A stretch of 64,000 nucleotides of DNA from an uncultured Nitrososphaeraceae archaeon (GTDB lineage: Archaea; Thermoproteota; Nitrososphaeria; Nitrososphaerales; Nitrososphaeraceae): positions 352,001 through 416,000 of the forward strand of contig CAVXZB010000019.1 in NCBI GenBank assembly GCA_963765895.1. The letters are read 5' to 3'. The position numbers and the translations under genes are program-made. Numbering within the stretch: the stretch's first letter is position 1; each line of letters begins with the position of its first letter. This document shows, in pieces, positions 53,306 to 63,842 of this stretch. Under the pieces are notes generated by a model that was not told where the DNA came from, made no database searches, and saw only the letters and a program-made list of their open reading frames with translations.

Positions 53306-54301
53306 ATGCAGAAGGGTATCATATTAACGCACAGATTTCAAAGCAAAGTCCTTCGAATTAATCCACTTGGCGATCCGTTTGAAAGAGATATAATTGTGTA
53401 CCTACCACCCGGATATAAGCGAAGCAACTCGAAAGGCTATGTAACTGCATTTGGCTTGGCGGGATTTGGTGGTCTAGGAAGAACGTTCTTGAATATCGAC
53501 CCTTTAAGTGAGAATCTAGAAGACAGGATGAACCGTCTTGTTTCATCCAAGATATGTGGACCACTGGTGTTGGTTTTGGTAGATTGCTATACAAAATTTG
53601 GCGGAAACCAGTATATTAACTCAGAGGCGACAGGCAAATATGAAGACTATATCATTAGCGAGATAATCCCATTTATTGATAGCGAGTATAATGTGTCGGC
53701 CCGGGCCGTTTGGGGCAAATCCTCCGGTGGGTATGGATCGTTTGTACTCGCTACCCGAAATCCAACAGTATTTACGGGATTCGCTGATCACTCAGGTGAT
53801 GCGGCATTCGAATATTGTTATCTTCCGGATTTTCCAAAAGCTCTAGATTCATTTAGAAAAAGCGGAGGTCCCAAATGTTGGCTAGAAAACTTCTTGAAAA
53901 AACAAAATAAGCATCAGAAAGATGATGCGGCCGCGTTGAATATTCTGGCAATGGCAACCCATTACTCGCCGAATCCTGAAGAAAAAGAACTAGGAATCGA
54001 TCTCCCATTTGATCATCAGACCGGAGAAATATCAGAAAGGGTTTGGAATCGTTGGCTGGCATGGGATCCTATAAGACTGGTTTATGAATACCAAACAAAC
54101 CTGAGAAAACTAAAGCTCATCTACATTGATTGTGGAAAGAGGGACGAGTATAATTTGATTTGGGGCGCAAGGATCCTGCATTCTAAATTAGAACGACTAA
54201 AGATCAATCACTTATATGAAGAATTTGATGATGGCCACTCCAACATTAGCTACAGGTATGACGTCTCACTACCGAAAATTTACGATGTGCTGTCAAATTA
54301 G
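53306..54301 (+). CDS. Alpha/beta-hydrolase esterase (Fes-like)
   Basis: VYLPPGY, GGNQYINS, GKSSGGYG nucleophile motif, DCG..DEY, FDDGH. Confidence 0.9.
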   Translation: MQKGIILTHRFQSKVLRINPLGDPFERDIIVYLPPGYKRSNSKGYVTAFGLAGFGGLGRTFLNIDPLSENLEDRMNRLVSSKICGPLVLVLVDCYTKFGGNQYINSEATGKYEDYIISEIIPFIDSEYNVSARAVWGKSSGGYGSFVLATRNPTVFTGFADHSGDAAFEYCYLPDFPKALDSFRKSGGPKCWLENFLKKQNKHQKDDAAALNILAMATHYSPNPEEKELGIDLPFDHQTGEISERVWNRWLAWDPIRLVYEYQTNLRKLKLIYIDCGKRDEYNLIWGARILHSKLERLKINHLYEEFDDGHSNISYRYDVSLPKIYDVLSN

Positions 54302-54405
54302 CTCTGTTAGGGCTGAATAGGATAGTCTAGTGTATTATGGCATTTATAAATTAACGAAAACAAGAACGGTGATAAGATGACTTTAGTCTAGCGTGTTACT
54401 GCAGA

Positions 54406-54849
54406 ATGAATTATATCAGTGATAGTCATAATGATGCCAATCGTGATTTGACTGTCAATTTTACTAATGATGAAATAAATTTTCTAATAGCTCAGGAGGT
54501 ATGCAGGCTATCTACGGCTAACAATAATTTTCCTCACGTTACTCCTGTATCGTACATCTTTGTAAAAGGTAAACTGGCTTTTGCGACAGATTACGATACA
54601 AGAAAATACAAGAACATTGTGAAAAATAAGAAGGTAGCTATTGTTATTGATACCTACGACTCCTCAACGATTAATAGAGCTGTTGTCATTGAGGGCGATG
54701 CCGAGATAGTAATAAATGGGGTCGAATTCGAAGGATTATATAGCAAATTCTATAAGAAATTTGAATGGGTACGGCGTGAACCGTGGAATGAAGGAGAAGC
54801 GCCATTTGTTTTGGTAATACCTATGCGTAAGATAAGTTGGGGAATTTAG
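54406..54849 (+). CDS. Pyridoxamine 5'-phosphate oxidase-like (PPOX; FMN/F420-binding) protein
   Basis: RLSTA...PHVTPV, RKYKNI..N.KVAIVID, V.IEG.A, K.SWG. Confidence 0.85.
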   Translation: MNYISDSHNDANRDLTVNFTNDEINFLIAQEVCRLSTANNNFPHVTPVSYIFVKGKLAFATDYDTRKYKNIVKNKKVAIVIDTYDSSTINRAVVIEGDAEIVINGVEFEGLYSKFYKKFEWVRREPWNEGEAPFVLVIPMRKISWGI

Positions 54850-54968
54850 GACAAGCCCAAATATATGGAAATCCTTTGTAATACCTTCAACAAAGTTTAG
54901 CTCTAATGCTGAGTAATAATATGTACTTTTTACTAATGTTCTAAAAGCACTGATTATCATCTTAACGT

Positions 54969-55604
54969 ATGGATAGAACTTCGATGTTTAGATTCGCCAG
55001 ACTAAGCTATCCATCTAACAGTACGAATGTTCGTACCCTTCCATCTTCAGCGTATCACCGATCCATGTCACTAGGAGATTACGATAGGCCCAATATGAAA
55101 ATTCCAATAATATTTCAGCAAAGATCTAATATATCATGCGAGAGCCAATTAAAAAGCAAAGAAAGATATCAAAAAAAAATCAACACTGAAAATAACAATA
55201 GTTCCGTAAAACGTCAGAATATTATGATTGTTGACGACGAAGATGACATCAATCTTCTTTTTACAATGCTATTATGCGGCGAGGGTTACAACGTTGAAGC
55301 ATTTACCGATCCAGACATTGCTATTATGAAATTTGAAGATGGTTTCTACGATCTATTAATCATCGATATATTGATGCCAACAATGAATGGATTTGAACTC
55401 TACGAAAGGCTAAGACAATTTGATAATGAGGTGAAGGTATGCTTTTTAACGGCAGGGGAAATTAACTACGAACAATTCAAAAAAGCAGCGTCATTTCCGG
55501 AGATAACAACCGAAGATTGTTTCATAAAAATTCCGATTGAAAATAATGTATTAATTAAAAAAGTAAAGAATATTCTTTCAATTGATCGGAATTGTCCGAA
55601 TTAA
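54969..55604 (+). CDS. Stand-alone receiver protein (true start likely downstream)
   Basis: IVDDEDD, DILMP.MNGFEL, FLTAGE, FIKIP. Confidence 0.85.
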   Translation: MDRTSMFRFARLSYPSNSTNVRTLPSSAYHRSMSLGDYDRPNMKIPIIFQQRSNISCESQLKSKERYQKKINTENNNSSVKRQNIMIVDDEDDINLLFTMLLCGEGYNVEAFTDPDIAIMKFEDGFYDLLIIDILMPTMNGFELYERLRQFDNEVKVCFLTAGEINYEQFKKAASFPEITTEDCFIKIPIENNVLIKKVKNILSIDRNCPN

Positions 55605-55654
55605 ATTTAAGTGATCCACTTCTTAATGAGCAATAAATATACCACATCACAGGT

Positions 55655-56305
55655 TCAGTCTAGTTGTGAATTCACTCTCTCAATCAGCTCGTTTGCTCCA
55701 ACAGGCTTTTTTATGAAGCATCCGAGACTAATTCTTGGATATATCTCCCGGATAGCCTCTTGGTTCATTTCCCCGCCGGACAAAAAGCACACCCTAATGT
55801 TAGCGTCCAAACCTACCAATTTCTCACACAGCTGAAATCCATTCATGACCGGCATATTGATATCAATTAACGCAAGATCATAATAATTAGGCTTGAAGGT
55901 CGAAAGCGCTTCTACTGGGCTAGCGTATGAAGCTATCTGGAACCTAGTAGGGTGACCCTCAAATACTGATTTGAGTGTAAAAATAATATCGGGTTCGTCG
56001 TCAACAATAAGGATCCTCTTCAACGGCTGATATCCAGAGCGTACATTTAAAAAGTCAGACTTAATGGCATTCTTTGCTTCGCCAGTATTGTCATGACTCG
56101 AATTACCTCTTATTTCATCAAGTGATTTGTCAAAGTCTTCTAAATTATAGTTCGAATGACTATCTACACGAGTGGTATGAGGCCTTGAAATACAACCAAT
56201 TAGATTTGTAGTTTGCTTCTCTGTAACCGTTACCTTATAGACGTCGGTGGTCAAGTCTATAGAAAAGATACTTGACTGCAATTTGAAGGCATCAGCGATA
56301 ATCAT
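55655..56305 (-). CDS. Receiver protein with N-terminal extension
   Basis: ILIVDDEPD, DINMP.MNGF, FLSGG, FIKKP. Confidence 0.88.
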   Translation of the reverse strand: MIIADAFKLQSSIFSIDLTTDVYKVTVTEKQTTNLIGCISRPHTTRVDSHSNYNLEDFDKSLDEIRGNSSHDNTGEAKNAIKSDFLNVRSGYQPLKRILIVDDEPDIIFTLKSVFEGHPTRFQIASYASPVEALSTFKPNYYDLALIDINMPVMNGFQLCEKLVGLDANIRVCFLSGGEMNQEAIREIYPRISLGCFIKKPVGANELIERVNSQLD

Positions 56306-56775
56306 ATATTCTCCTCTTCAGGTAAAATGTACGGCACAAATGTAAAAGGCAAGAAGATTCAAAACAACTAATGAACATAGATCTTATTCACAATAGTTGT
56401 ATATAATAATTAATATAGTTGGCAGCTTAGTAGTCTAAAATTAAATTAGGACGAAAATCAAGTCAAGATTGTGAACATCCAGCCTCCATCTAAAGGATCT
56501 ATAAGAAGGCTTCTGAGAAAATATGGTATTAGACTTCATGATAAATCCCTCAATCGGACGTGATAAACCCAGACTTGTTTCCCTCTTATTTACAGCTTGT
56601 TACTTTGAACCTGACATTTTCTCATTTGTCCTAGTATTTTGGTTCATGTCTTGCATCGGAACAAGTGTCTTTTCGACAATATCGTCAATCTTTAATAGCA
56701 ATTCATAGCCGAATTTCTTTCGTTTCGTATTCTATTGTCTGTACTACAGTGAAATTGCTGACCAAGGGCGTAGGC

Positions 56776-57300
56776 TCATAATAGCCCATCTTCGTGTAAT
56801 TTATTTAGTATAGGAGCAAGTGATTTCATTGTTTCTTTTTCTCCCAAAATTATCCGATCTCTAATGATCAGAACTATTGAAAGCATGTTTCTATCTTCGC
56901 GTGCAGTATACACTAGACTGCCCACAATTCCCAAAATTGTGCTATTTTGGGATAACCAAGTCCTCCATATACCAGCGGTTCTGGTATTCCTATCCAAACC
57001 ATCAACGACGTCATTAATTGTAATTCCGCTCTGGTTATCGAGCAATTCGAGTTTTAGCATAGGAAGCATCATACTACCCCCCTGAACCTGTTTATGCTTC
57101 TTGTTCATCAACCTACGGGCACTATCTTCGTCCAATCCACGGCCGAGCTCACCATTGCTCGCGAGCTCATCTTTATTCTGATCTGTACTACTATAATCAG
57201 GAAAAAAATAACCTGCAAGACGCTTTGCTGAATCATAAATCTTGTAAAGGGCGTCTTCATACTCAAGACTCCATTCAAATCTGCTGGGGCGATTAAACAA
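56776..57300 (-). CDS. Hypothetical protein
   Basis: 174-aa ORF with protein-like composition; no motif recognised. Confidence 0.65.
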   Translation of the reverse strand: MFNRPSRFEWSLEYEDALYKIYDSAKRLAGYFFPDYSSTDQNKDELASNGELGRGLDEDSARRLMNKKHKQVQGGSMMLPMLKLELLDNQSGITINDVVDGLDRNTRTAGIWRTWLSQNSTILGIVGSLVYTAREDRNMLSIVLIIRDRIILGEKETMKSLAPILNKLHEDGLL

Positions 57301-57561
57301 AACATCCTTATTTTACACTAATTCATATTTTAGCTTACTTAATATGGAACTTCAAAACATGCTAGCAATTTTCTGGTTTTGATGTTTTTCAAAGATGGCC
57401 GTGGACTTTCTGCACATCTGTTGGGCTGATTGGGCGCATTGGCCCTGTATTGTCCGGTATTCTTGCAAAAACACTCGCGGGAAATTAACTTTGGCATTCG
57501 ATATCTATACGCCTGAATTTGTTTAACTGATTTGCCAAACATTCGAGTCAGAATTTGTTTA

Positions 57562-58558
57562 GAGCCTATCACAAAAACAGGTAGACATATAGCTTGTGAG
57601 GGTTTTGTTCATAAGTGTGGCTTATGAAAGTCAAGTATCTTCCGACTGTCAAAGGAATCCCGATGCGCTATGGGGATGAGGCCAGATTGTTGATATCTTC
57701 CAATCTAAGGAGAAGCACTTCAATAAGAAAAACTAAATAACACCATCTGACTTACAGCAGCAGTCTCATTTAGGAAGGTATTCGGTGGCATTCTGTATGT
57801 TTTTGGAATGTCTTAAGAATTGAATGTCAATGTCAATAGAAGATAGATGTTGCCAAAGGAGTATGGTTCAGGTTCGACATATCATAGACTATTCCTGTAA
57901 TGGTCAATATAAGATATTTGAGAGATTATGGACTAGACGTGCTAAAAAAAGTGTATGATGGCTAAAGTAGGAATTCAATAGAGAGGCAACTACTTGATAG
58001 TAGTAGTATATCGGTAAAGGCATCTCCAGGCAGAAATGACTGATTGGACCTAATCCTATAGACAGATGTAAGTTAGTTAGGAACAAAGCGTCATCATGTA
58101 TTAATAACCGATGGACAAGGTATTCCATTATCTGTTGTTGTTGTTGTTATAACTGCGGCTAATACGCATGATGATATGAAAGGCAGCTATAAACACGCTG
58201 GATAATACTACCGTAGTTAAAAGATCGTCTAGGACATATAAAGAAAAACAGAATCTTTATCTATCTTGGTAAAGGATATGGCTTTCAAACGATCGTAGTG
58301 TACGAATCGATAAAGGATATCTACCACATATTTGACATAGAGGAGAACAATCAGTTATAAAGATTAATGGTTGTAATAATCATCGTCATCATGCTAAAAG
58401 AAGATGGGTTGTAGAAACAACTAACTCTTGGTATAACAGGTTCAGAAAACTCTTAGTTAGGTACGAGAATAAGTTAGGAAGCTATTTTGCATTAGTAGTA
58501 GTAGTATGTTTAGGCTGTTGTATAGTTATCTATAGGAGGATAATTTTGGGACAGGCTC
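57562..58558 (+). mobile_element. Decayed IS5-family element (IS1031-like ends) with transposase pseudogene
   Basis: Imperfect TIRs GAGCCTATCACAAAA / TTTTGGGACAGGCTC, TTA duplicated on both flanks; broken transposase motifs IPDALW, LPKEYGSGST, TAANTHD, RWVVETTNSWYNRFRKLLVRYE. Confidence 0.88.
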
Positions 58559-58634
58559 TTAGTGAAGACTAGACACAGTTAGATCTTATTAAGAATAAAA
58601 GACTAAATAAATTCGGAGCGAGTATTTTATTTAT

Positions 58635-58889
58635 CTATTGATCAGATTGATGTCCTAGTGTTGTGGAGTTCCTATCTGATGTCGTTCCACTTTCGAATGT
58701 CTCTCCTATTGTTGTACTGCACGCTTTTCTGCTATCGCACACGGTTTTTTGACAAGGTTTGTCGTCAGAGCAGTTTATATTAACCGTTTTTGACTTTACT
58801 TGATAGTCATGCATTGTGGTGGAAATCAACACTAATGCTAAAGCCAATGACAAGATAACGAGTGATATGTTCCTATTATACTCTCGCAT
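58635..58889 (-). CDS. Small secreted Cys-rich protein
   Basis: N-terminal hydrophobic helix, then C-x5-C-x4-C-x5-C. Confidence 0.65.
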   Translation of the reverse strand: MREYNRNISLVILSLALALVLISTTMHDYQVKSKTVNINCSDDKPCQKTVCDSRKACSTTIGETFESGTTSDRNSTTLGHQSDQ

Positions 58890-59199
58890 TTTTTCTTCAT
58901 TAAAATGTCAAGATTCTAGTTTATTAGATTTGGGTAAGTCCCTACCATAGATTAAGCTTGGATAATTGTTGCACTCGAATCCGACTAAGAAATCTTATTT
59001 GCAATTTATATAATTGACACCGAACATCCACGGTTCAGATGACTATTGGTGATATTGACTTTAAGACTAACTTGGCCTGCAAAAAATGTGGTGATTTCGC
59101 TCTTAGGCTGTAATGTATCCTTTACACTAGATACCACGTGAGATCATAATTCACTGGATCTTTTTACCCTCCGACCGTTGGGATCATTCCTGTCAAATT

Positions 59200-59625
59200 C
59201 TAATTGATAATTGCTATGCTTTCTCCATAAATGCATCTAAATTTCATATAGAGTAGTGCACACTGGCCTGTGTCAAAGCTGCAACAGACTCCATCAATGA
59301 GTTCCTCTTTTCCATAGTTCCAATGTTTAGTATCAGATGAGTCATTTACGCAACTTCTTCCGCATAGTGTGCATTTATGAACTTCTGAGAATAAATCTAG
59401 GGCTTCATCTCCAAAAGCTTGTATACCGTATTGAGACCCGTCATCGCAAGTTATCTCCACAAGGTAGTATTCGATCCCATCTCTAGTAAAAGAAATCCTT
59501 TTGGGTTTGTCAGTTATTTTGCACCGCATACGACCAGTCTCTTGGTTAATCTTTGAGCTTTTGTCTAAGATATGCCCAGGGGACACCAGATGTCGTAACG
59601 CGTCTACGCTGCTGTTATAAATCAT
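59200..59625 (-). CDS. Protein with C-terminal TRASH-like domain
   Basis: CTLCGR...EELIDG....FDTGQCA..Y.KF..IYG. Confidence 0.7.
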   Translation of the reverse strand: MIYNSSVDALRHLVSPGHILDKSSKINQETGRMRCKITDKPKRISFTRDGIEYYLVEITCDDGSQYGIQAFGDEALDLFSEVHKCTLCGRSCVNDSSDTKHWNYGKEELIDGVCCSFDTGQCALLYMKFRCIYGESIAIIN

Positions 59626-61642
59626 GTTAGCGTATCAGCACCTCCATCCTTGTTCCGAAATTGTCCGTGTCCCAACTCGGATAATTTGCAGTCATAGTAA
59701 GATCCAGAACAACTAAGATACGTAGTCTGAAGTCGACATCCCTGGATTGATGAACAAGCTGGTTCGTAGAATTCCATACAAAGAATTTCAGTATTTCATC
59801 TAAGATTAAGCCAGCTACAAATCTATTGGAAACACTCAACAAAGGTTTGAAGTACCATCCACAATTTATGATTAATAATACTATGAAAAGATTTTCTACA
59901 CGCCCCATTGGGTATAGATTATGCTAGATCAATGTCCTTAGCTCTAGCGGAGTACAACTATTTCGACCTCACAATTAGTATCACTGATTGATACATGACA
60001 GGAAGTATGAGAAACATAGGCCCACAAAATTACTCCTTCGCATTTATTATCAGCCGATCATTATCAATGTAATCTACTTCATCTATTAGTATGGTTTTGC
60101 ATCTAATAATCTCCTTTCCTCAAATATATTAGTGAACATTAACTCTTAACTATTGTAGCCAAACTAGACCATTGAATCAAAATAGGAAAGCAAAGGGGAA
60201 ATTCCGTCACTTACCTTGTCACTACATTATATATAGCTTTTAGTTGACGTCCTATTTGCAATATTAGATGCGAAGTGTGTCCCAGCATTGATTTATTGAA
60301 TTTTTGCAAACATGCTGACTTTGACAGAGCGCTCAGATCTGCATACGGTGATACCATATACCTTCTCGTAATAGAAGATCGGAACATAAAGGGCCTGGGT
60401 TATTTTATATCAATTGAGATTGCCGCTTTTGTCAATACGGTCTTCACATGGCCCAAGTATGAAGTTTTTCTTGCTCCTATGAAATCGATGCGTCTCTCAA
60501 TGAAAAAAGGGGTCTTTAATACCTCAATCAGTCACAATTCGATGTACCATAGGTTTTTATCTATTTATGACTACTTTTAAACATGGTGAGGGTATCTAAG
60601 GTTAACGACGGGATTCCGACGTTCGTAAAAGAGTATTTGGATTTGAAGGATATGGATGAGCTCATTTGGGATGAGAATATTCAGGATGGTGTGAGATTCT
60701 TTCGAGTTATTAAGAAGAATCCAGATAGCTCAAATCCTGAGTAAATTGACATTTCTGATAGAAGATTATAGCTATTGCTATACAGATATGGCGTATTGAA
60801 TAGTCTAATTGTGTCTAAGTTGCTAAATTTACCTAAATGAGATGGGCCCTGATTCCTAAGGAGAAGCACTTCAATAAAACTTGTGCAATCCTTAAAATAA
60901 GATCCGCAGTACTCGGTAAAGTAGTGATTCTTATTGACAATCATTTAGCCGAAGATATGAATTTGTAAATACTGAGCTCTTGATTGCAGGTTGTAAGTCA
61001 CAGTCTAATTTCTTATAGTGTTATATACTTACGCATCCTGTGTGAGTAATACAGCTTCGATTTTCAATGTGTAGTAAATTTGTTTCGGTTATTAGGACTG
61101 TTATAAATTAGTCTTAATTTAGTTAGCCGCAAGGATCGTCGTTTGCCAATCCTGAGTCGAAGTCTCTGAAGTGACTAGGTTTACATCAACCCTACAGTCT
61201 GTACCTAGTAGGATTGAGGCATGCGAACACTGAATTTCCCGCATAACAATAAAATGCCGGCTAATAGTGTAAAATACTGGCGGAAATCAGTTTTAGTGCT
61301 TTCTATTCTTTTTGTACGTCAAAGATAACTCCTCGACAATGTCATTGTAGGTATATAAATCACCAGGATTGTTAGGACAAATTTAATTATACTTCATTTG
61401 ATCCTCAACAAAGGACAGGTTTGTTTCTATGAAATCCGCAATAGTCATTTATGCCATTGTAATCGCAGAATACATCAATTTAGACAATACGACTTGGCAA
61501 CAAAATGCACTTCAAACATACATTTAAGTCAAAAAATCCATACGCATGAATAATTTAAGCTCCATTGTTTTTGAATATGTTATAACAGATCCTCTCAATA
61601 CCTGGGATCCGAACCTGATATCATCAATTGTTCGGTTATTCA

Positions 61643-62355
61643 GGCTCTTCACTTAACAATCTTTTCCATAATCTTTCTGTTGTACATATCTACAAATAGA
61701 CTCAACCAATTCATGACATGTTTTAGCTTACAATCATTTTCTTTCCTTATAAGGAAAATAATTATCAAAACACCAGTTCTAACTTTTATGTATTGTATTG
61801 TCCTTTCTATGAAGCTTTTTCTTTTGATGAATGATTGTGATGTTTAACATTCGGGAATCTACATGCTTGTGGATACCATGTACCACCAATCTGTTGAAAT
61901 ATTGTACATTCCTATCTTTTAATCAAACACTGAATAAACGGTTGTTGTTTAGCTGCAAACATGTTCCTTTCAATGGAGATGCCAATACCAAGGATAGTTA
62001 TATCGGTTGGCTCACTAGAAACCCATAACCATGCATAGTCACTATCTACTTCAATCAATTTTTCATCTATCTATGATAAATCCAGATAGTTTGCATCTCG
62101 TTTGTTTGCAATATCTATCTTCCTCTGCATGTAACGCTAAATCCAGTTCCAAATAAATGGAAAACATGATTTCTTTTAACAATGAGATAGCCTTTATGAT
62201 GTTTTTAAGTAATAGGCCTGAAAAGTACAACTGTAAGAAGTAATAAACATATACTTTGATGGGGTCCTACGTCTTTAATTCTTTGTTTGGATATAGTCAT
62301 CATTAAAGTGTAGGGAGTTTTCAGATATAGGTTTATTCGTTAAGTGAACAGAGCC
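61643..62355 (-). mobile_element. Decayed IS6-family element with transposase pseudogene
   Basis: TIRs GGCTCT(GT)TCACTTAAC at 61643-57 and GTTAAGTGAACAGAGCC at 62339-55; minus-strand fragments LQLYFSGL, YAWLWV, ERNMF, GGTWYPQACRF, IERTIQYIK, CKLKHV.NWL. Confidence 0.85.
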
Positions 62356-62385
62356 CTGAGGACTATAAAAGCTTAAAAAGGATAT

Positions 62386-63490
62386 ATGTTCATGCTTGAC
62401 GTATCTATGATACTGCCTTACACTAGACGGAATGGTCCAGTACAAAATGAATTCATTAATCGCTGTGTTGGATATAGGTCATTTCACCACTCTCGAACAA
62501 AATATGCAAGTCCTGTAATATTCATCAGCTTGCTAGTTGGCTTTATTATTAGTTCTCCTTTTTCGCTGGTAGGAACTACATACGCGCAACAGGCAGCAAC
62601 AAAACTCCCAGAACGGATGTCATGGGAAACTGCAAAGGCTAATCCAGTCTCTAAGATGGAATCGGCATATGCTGCAGTTGGGGATAAGATCTACATAATC
62701 GCTGGTTATGGCGAAACAGGTAAAAGAAACAAGAATACTGTAGAAGTATACGATACAAAAACTAATTCGTGGTCAACTGCCGCTCCGGTGCCGGTAAACT
62801 TGAATCATGCTGCCTGCGGCTACGTATAATAACAAAATCTATTTGGTTGGGGGGTTTTTGGATAACAAAGTGCCGTCAAGTAGACTCTTTGTTTACGATC
62901 CTTCACAAGACAAATGGTTTGCAGGTAAAGATATGCCAACAGCAAGAGCAGCGTTAGCTGCTCAGTTCATAGACGGAGTATTCTATGTAATAGGTGGAAC
63001 ATCCAATAAGCCCCTGAATACTAATGAAGCATTTGATCCTCGCACCGACACATGGACTGAAAAGGCGCCGATGCCCACTGCAAGGCAACATCTAGCCTCG
63101 GCTGTAGTTGATGGAAAATTTTACGCTATAGGAGGCAGACCTACAGGTAAATCTTCAAACCTAGATAATAACGAAGCGTATGACCCTAAGACTAACTCGT
63201 GGAGTAAGTTGGCCGCTATGCCCACAAAACGTGGCGGCATTGCTGCATCTGTGGTCAATGGAAAAATCTATGTTTTTGGAGGAGAAGCTCCAGACAAGAC
63301 GTTCAATAATAATGAGATGTATAATCCGCAGACTAATAAATGGGTCGAAGAATTACCCATGCCAACGGCTCGCCACGGTCTGGCAACTGCGTCGATGGGA
63401 AATAACATTTATGTGATAGGTGGCGGACCCACACCCGATATTTCCTTCGCAAATGTAAATGAGGTATTTCATGCACAAGATACTGGCTAA
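62386..63490 (+). CDS. Secreted kelch-repeat beta-propeller; apparent +1 frameshift at ~62814
   Basis: Signal/TM segment then six GG/Y/W kelch repeats; corrected junction NHAAAATYNNKIY. Confidence 0.9.
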
Positions 63491-63842
63491 ATGGTCAGTC
63501 TCAAACTAGAATTCCCTTTTTTTAGCTTTTTTGTCGTGATGTCTACTTGATTAGTGATACTAGCTAGTGAGACCAAATAACATAGTTGATATCTCTTTAG
63601 ATGAGGCCGGAGCACACTATGTCCTAGATTGAATGGAATGAAAACTCAATCTTCCTACTGATTATCAAGAACTGCTATGTTGGACTCTTTGATACCTCAT
63701 CCCTACAGATTATAAAATCTGGATTGAATGAATTCCTGTTCAAAACGAGAAACCGAGGAAAGTTCAATTAAATCATTTTATAATGCGATGCAGAAGCTAT
63801 TCCAAAAAAAATTAAACGTAGTCCCCGATATATTGAACCATT

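Noticed and set aside
56435-56780. Protein-like stretch on the minus strand after the 174-aa ORF
   Set aside because: It has multiple stops and I could not reconstruct a coherent frame.
61092-61110. TTAGGACTGTTATAAATT as a further IS end
   Set aside because: No matching inverted partner was found.
57339-62028. Short ORFs 57339-57572, 57904-58128, 59627-59908, 60681-60944, 61831-62028
   Set aside because: They overlap or lie antisense to IS remnants, or lack any motif.
1-63490. Split genes as true pseudogenes or programmed frameshifts
   Set aside because: They hit core genes, show no other decay and have no slippery heptamers; motif-linked base-calling error is more parsimonious.
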